A program made the translations under genes and the position numbers. DNA of 63,103 bases, filler included. It is 6 parts of 6 records of this genome, joined end to end, with 100 filler letters (N's around TTAATTAATTAA, not from the genome) between each part and the next. Parts side by side here need not be neighbours in the genome. Positions count along the whole stretch, not along the records: positions 57,288 to 63,103 come from SRR31156797_5115; 5 more parts are not named here. The stretch is one strand, 5' to 3'. A model generated the notes under the pieces. The model was not told where the DNA came from. It was given only the letters and a program-made list of their open reading frames with translations, and searched no databases. This document shows, piece by piece, positions 60,878-63,103 of this stretch (position 1 is its first letter; every line of letters starts with the position of its first letter).

Positions 60878-61556
60878 ACATTGCTAATAATTTTTGGAAA
60901 AAAGTTTTTTTAGGTGCTTTAGGCTGTTCTGCTAGTTTTTTTACTCTGATTTTTTTATTTATTTCTTTTTGTTCCAAATATTTTAATAAATTATCCAATT
61001 CATCACTAAACCATTCTGCAAATTCAGTTTCATATTTAATAACTCCATCTTCACCAACATATAAAGATTTAATTGTAACTTCAAGATTATATCTTTTTCT
61101 TTCTGCTGCACTTTCAAAAGAGATAAATAAGATATCTCCAGTATAAAAAAAGTTTCTACTATTAAATGAAATTCCTTTTTTACTAATATCACAGCTTTGA
61201 GCAAAGAAATTTTGATGATTAGCTCCTGCAATTTTTACAACAGTTTCAAAAGGTAAAGCTTGAGACGTATTTCTTTTACTTTTATTGATTTTAATGGGTG
61301 AAATAACGCTTATTTCATTTGAAATTTTATGAACCTGTTTTATTTTACTTTTAAAACTATAGCTGGCATTAGATTTGTGGATTTGAACTTCTACTTCCTG
61401 TTTTGATGATAATAAATTCATAAATTCGCTATCAAGAACACTGATATATACTAATCCTTCTTTTCTATTTTGATTTATTATCTTTACATTAACTTTTTTA
61501 ACAATTCCCTCAATTTTTATAATTAATTCTTTAGTATCATTTGTAATAACTTTCAT
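60876..61556 (-). CDS. YcgR/PilZ-like protein with degenerate RxxxR
   Basis: AGGAGGAG RBS before ATG 61556; YSFKSKI N-terminal barrel; DISKKG retained. Confidence 0.7.
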   Translation of the reverse strand: MKVITNDTKELIIKIEGIVKKVNVKIINQNRKEGLVYISVLDSEFMNLLSSKQEVEVQIHKSNASYSFKSKIKQVHKISNEISVISPIKINKSKRNTSQALPFETVVKIAGANHQNFFAQSCDISKKGISFNSRNFFYTGDILFISFESAAERKRYNLEVTIKSLYVGEDGVIKYETEFAEWFSDELDNLLKYLEQKEINKKIRVKKLAEQPKAPKKTFFQKLLAM

Positions 61557-61841
61557 AGCTCTCCTCCTTTTAAGTGTTAAGAGTTGATAACGATAAATTA
61601 AATTCCCGACTTTATATATACATTTTTTTATATTTTCGTTTTGTGTTTCTCTCATTTGCTTCTTATACAATTAGTTTATAACAGCAATTTAAACTAAGAC
61701 ATAACTCAAACTTAAATAAAGCTTAAATCTGTTTTTTTGAATAAAAAAAAGAGCTATATAAATTTTATACTTCCTAGCCAACAGGAAATTCTTAATAACA
61801 TATGTTATAATTAAATTACTTCAAAATGAAAGGATGAAAAA

Positions 61842-62546
61842 ATGAAACTAAAAAAACTAAGTTTATTCGCATTATTAATTTTAATACTTATTGCTTGTAG
61901 TAATGGAGATGTCTCTTCATCGCTGATAACTATTATTGAAAAAAATAATCCAACAGATGGTTTTGATTTTCCAATTAAACCGGGAGAAATGGATGGATGG
62001 AAAGAACCTGGTGCTCCTGTGCCGCAGAATGATCCGAACTTTGATCCATCAAGTTATCTAGCTTATAGAGCAGATGGATTCCATGCAGCAATTGACTTCT
62101 ATAGAGAGGATGGAGTAGATGCTGGCGGACATGAGCTTTGGGCAATAGGAGACGGTATAGTTGTTGATATTGTTTATGACAGAGTAACTTATCCAGACAA
62201 ACATGATGGCAGTGATAGAGATGTAGGATGGGGGAATCTTATTCTTATTCAACATGATTATATAGAAAATGGTGTTACAAAGAGAGTTTGGGCGCAATAT
62301 GCTCATTGCCAATCCATTGAGGTTGAGCTTAATCAAATAGTTAAACGTGGAGATCTTGTTGGATTAATGGGAGGTTCAAACGGAAAAGTTGGAAGTAATT
62401 TCGACAACCATCTGCATTTTGAGCTTCGAACGACTAATTTAAGCGCTGATGCATGGCCACAGAGTATGGGGTTAAATACTAACGAAGCTGTATCACAGCA
62501 TTATACACATCCTTTGGAGTTTATCAGAGCACATAGACCGGAATAA
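61842..62546 (+). CDS. M23 family metallopeptidase, lipoprotein
   Basis: Lipobox LIAC; HAAID (HxxxD), YAH, HLHFE. Confidence 0.9.
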   Translation: MKLKKLSLFALLILILIACSNGDVSSSLITIIEKNNPTDGFDFPIKPGEMDGWKEPGAPVPQNDPNFDPSSYLAYRADGFHAAIDFYREDGVDAGGHELWAIGDGIVVDIVYDRVTYPDKHDGSDRDVGWGNLILIQHDYIENGVTKRVWAQYAHCQSIEVELNQIVKRGDLVGLMGGSNGKVGSNFDNHLHFELRTTNLSADAWPQSMGLNTNEAVSQHYTHPLEFIRAHRPE

Positions 62547-62564
62547 TTAAATTAAGGAGTCTTG

Positions 62565-63059
62565 ATGAATATAAAACTCGTACCAGCTGAAAATTCTAAA
62601 CTAATAAATAATTTATTTCAATATTATATCTATGATATGTCCGAATACACTAAATTTTCTCCAAATGATGATGGAACATATATAGTAGATAACAATATAT
62701 CAAAACTAAGTGATTACTGGAATTTACCTGATCATTATCCATTTCTAATCACTATTGATGATGAAGTAGCCGGTTTTTCTTTGCTGAGAAAATTTCCTTT
62801 TGAAGATGGATATTTTGATATCGGGCAATTTTTTGTTTTAAGAAAGTTTAAAAATTTAGGAGTTGGTAAAAAGGCATTTGAGTTATCAGTTAAAAAGTTT
62901 CCCGGGAAGTGGATTACCAGAGTATTAGTTAACAATATAGGTGCTATGAAATTCTGGGAAAAAGTTATAAATGAAATTGCAGATGCTACTCCAAGAATAG
63001 AAAAGAAGAAATATAATAATCATGAAATGTATTATTTCTACTATTCAATAGAAAAATAA
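62565..63059 (+). CDS. GNAT family N-acetyltransferase
   Basis: FQYYIYDMSE, QFFVLRKFKNLGVG, AMKFW. Confidence 0.88.
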   Translation: MNIKLVPAENSKLINNLFQYYIYDMSEYTKFSPNDDGTYIVDNNISKLSDYWNLPDHYPFLITIDDEVAGFSLLRKFPFEDGYFDIGQFFVLRKFKNLGVGKKAFELSVKKFPGKWITRVLVNNIGAMKFWEKVINEIADATPRIEKKKYNNHEMYYFYYSIEK

Positions 63060-63103
63060 CTTCTTTTAACATGATATATAAATTTTAATTAGTTTCTTAT
63101 ACA

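Noticed and set aside
1..63103. CRISPR array, tRNA/rRNA, transposase, integrase or phage genes
   Set aside because: No regularly spaced direct repeats or recognisable genes of these kinds found by eye

Overview
This window is not one locus. It is six contigs joined by artificial 100-nt linkers (N-run, TTAATTAATTAA, N-run) at 25861-25960, 32921-33020, 38161-38260, 46423-46522 and 57188-57287, and base composition shifts across the joins. Segment 1 (1-25860) looks like Desulfovibrionaceae. It holds a Wsp/ACF-type chemosensory operon with no chemoreceptor and a lytic transglycosylase at its head, pgm, a ferredoxin-YkgJ-TPR cluster, an aminopeptidase, a sigma54-preceded PEP-CTERM-type protein, a ZTP riboswitch before glyA, LPS-type genes, a frameshifted solute-binding protein gene, hisHF and a DnaJ-domain gene. 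Segment 2 (AT-rich) is housekeeping: mreB, holB, nth, YaaR, iscS/iscU-type genes, a D,D-carboxypeptidase and tsaD, plus a GC-rich palindromic insert. Segment 3 has a TonB receptor, a PhoD-like lipoprotein and a porin. Segment 4 has a diguanylate cyclase and PilZ protein followed by a glycan-tailoring cluster. Segment 5 (Desulfobacteraceae-like) has a CoA transferase, signalling genes and a signal-peptide-bearing caspase/DUF4384/alpha-beta hydrolase fusion. Segment 6 (AT-rich) has a G1P-dehydrogenase-like gene, a Cys-rich/2Fe-2S adenylate cyclase, a ClpN-GNAT fusion, a degenerate PilZ protein, an M23 peptidase and a GNAT. The best novelty candidates are the caspase-hydrolase fusion, the double metal-cluster cyclase, the receptor-less Wsp-like operon and several structured intergenic elements. 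All family and taxon calls come from motif recognition; no searches were run.
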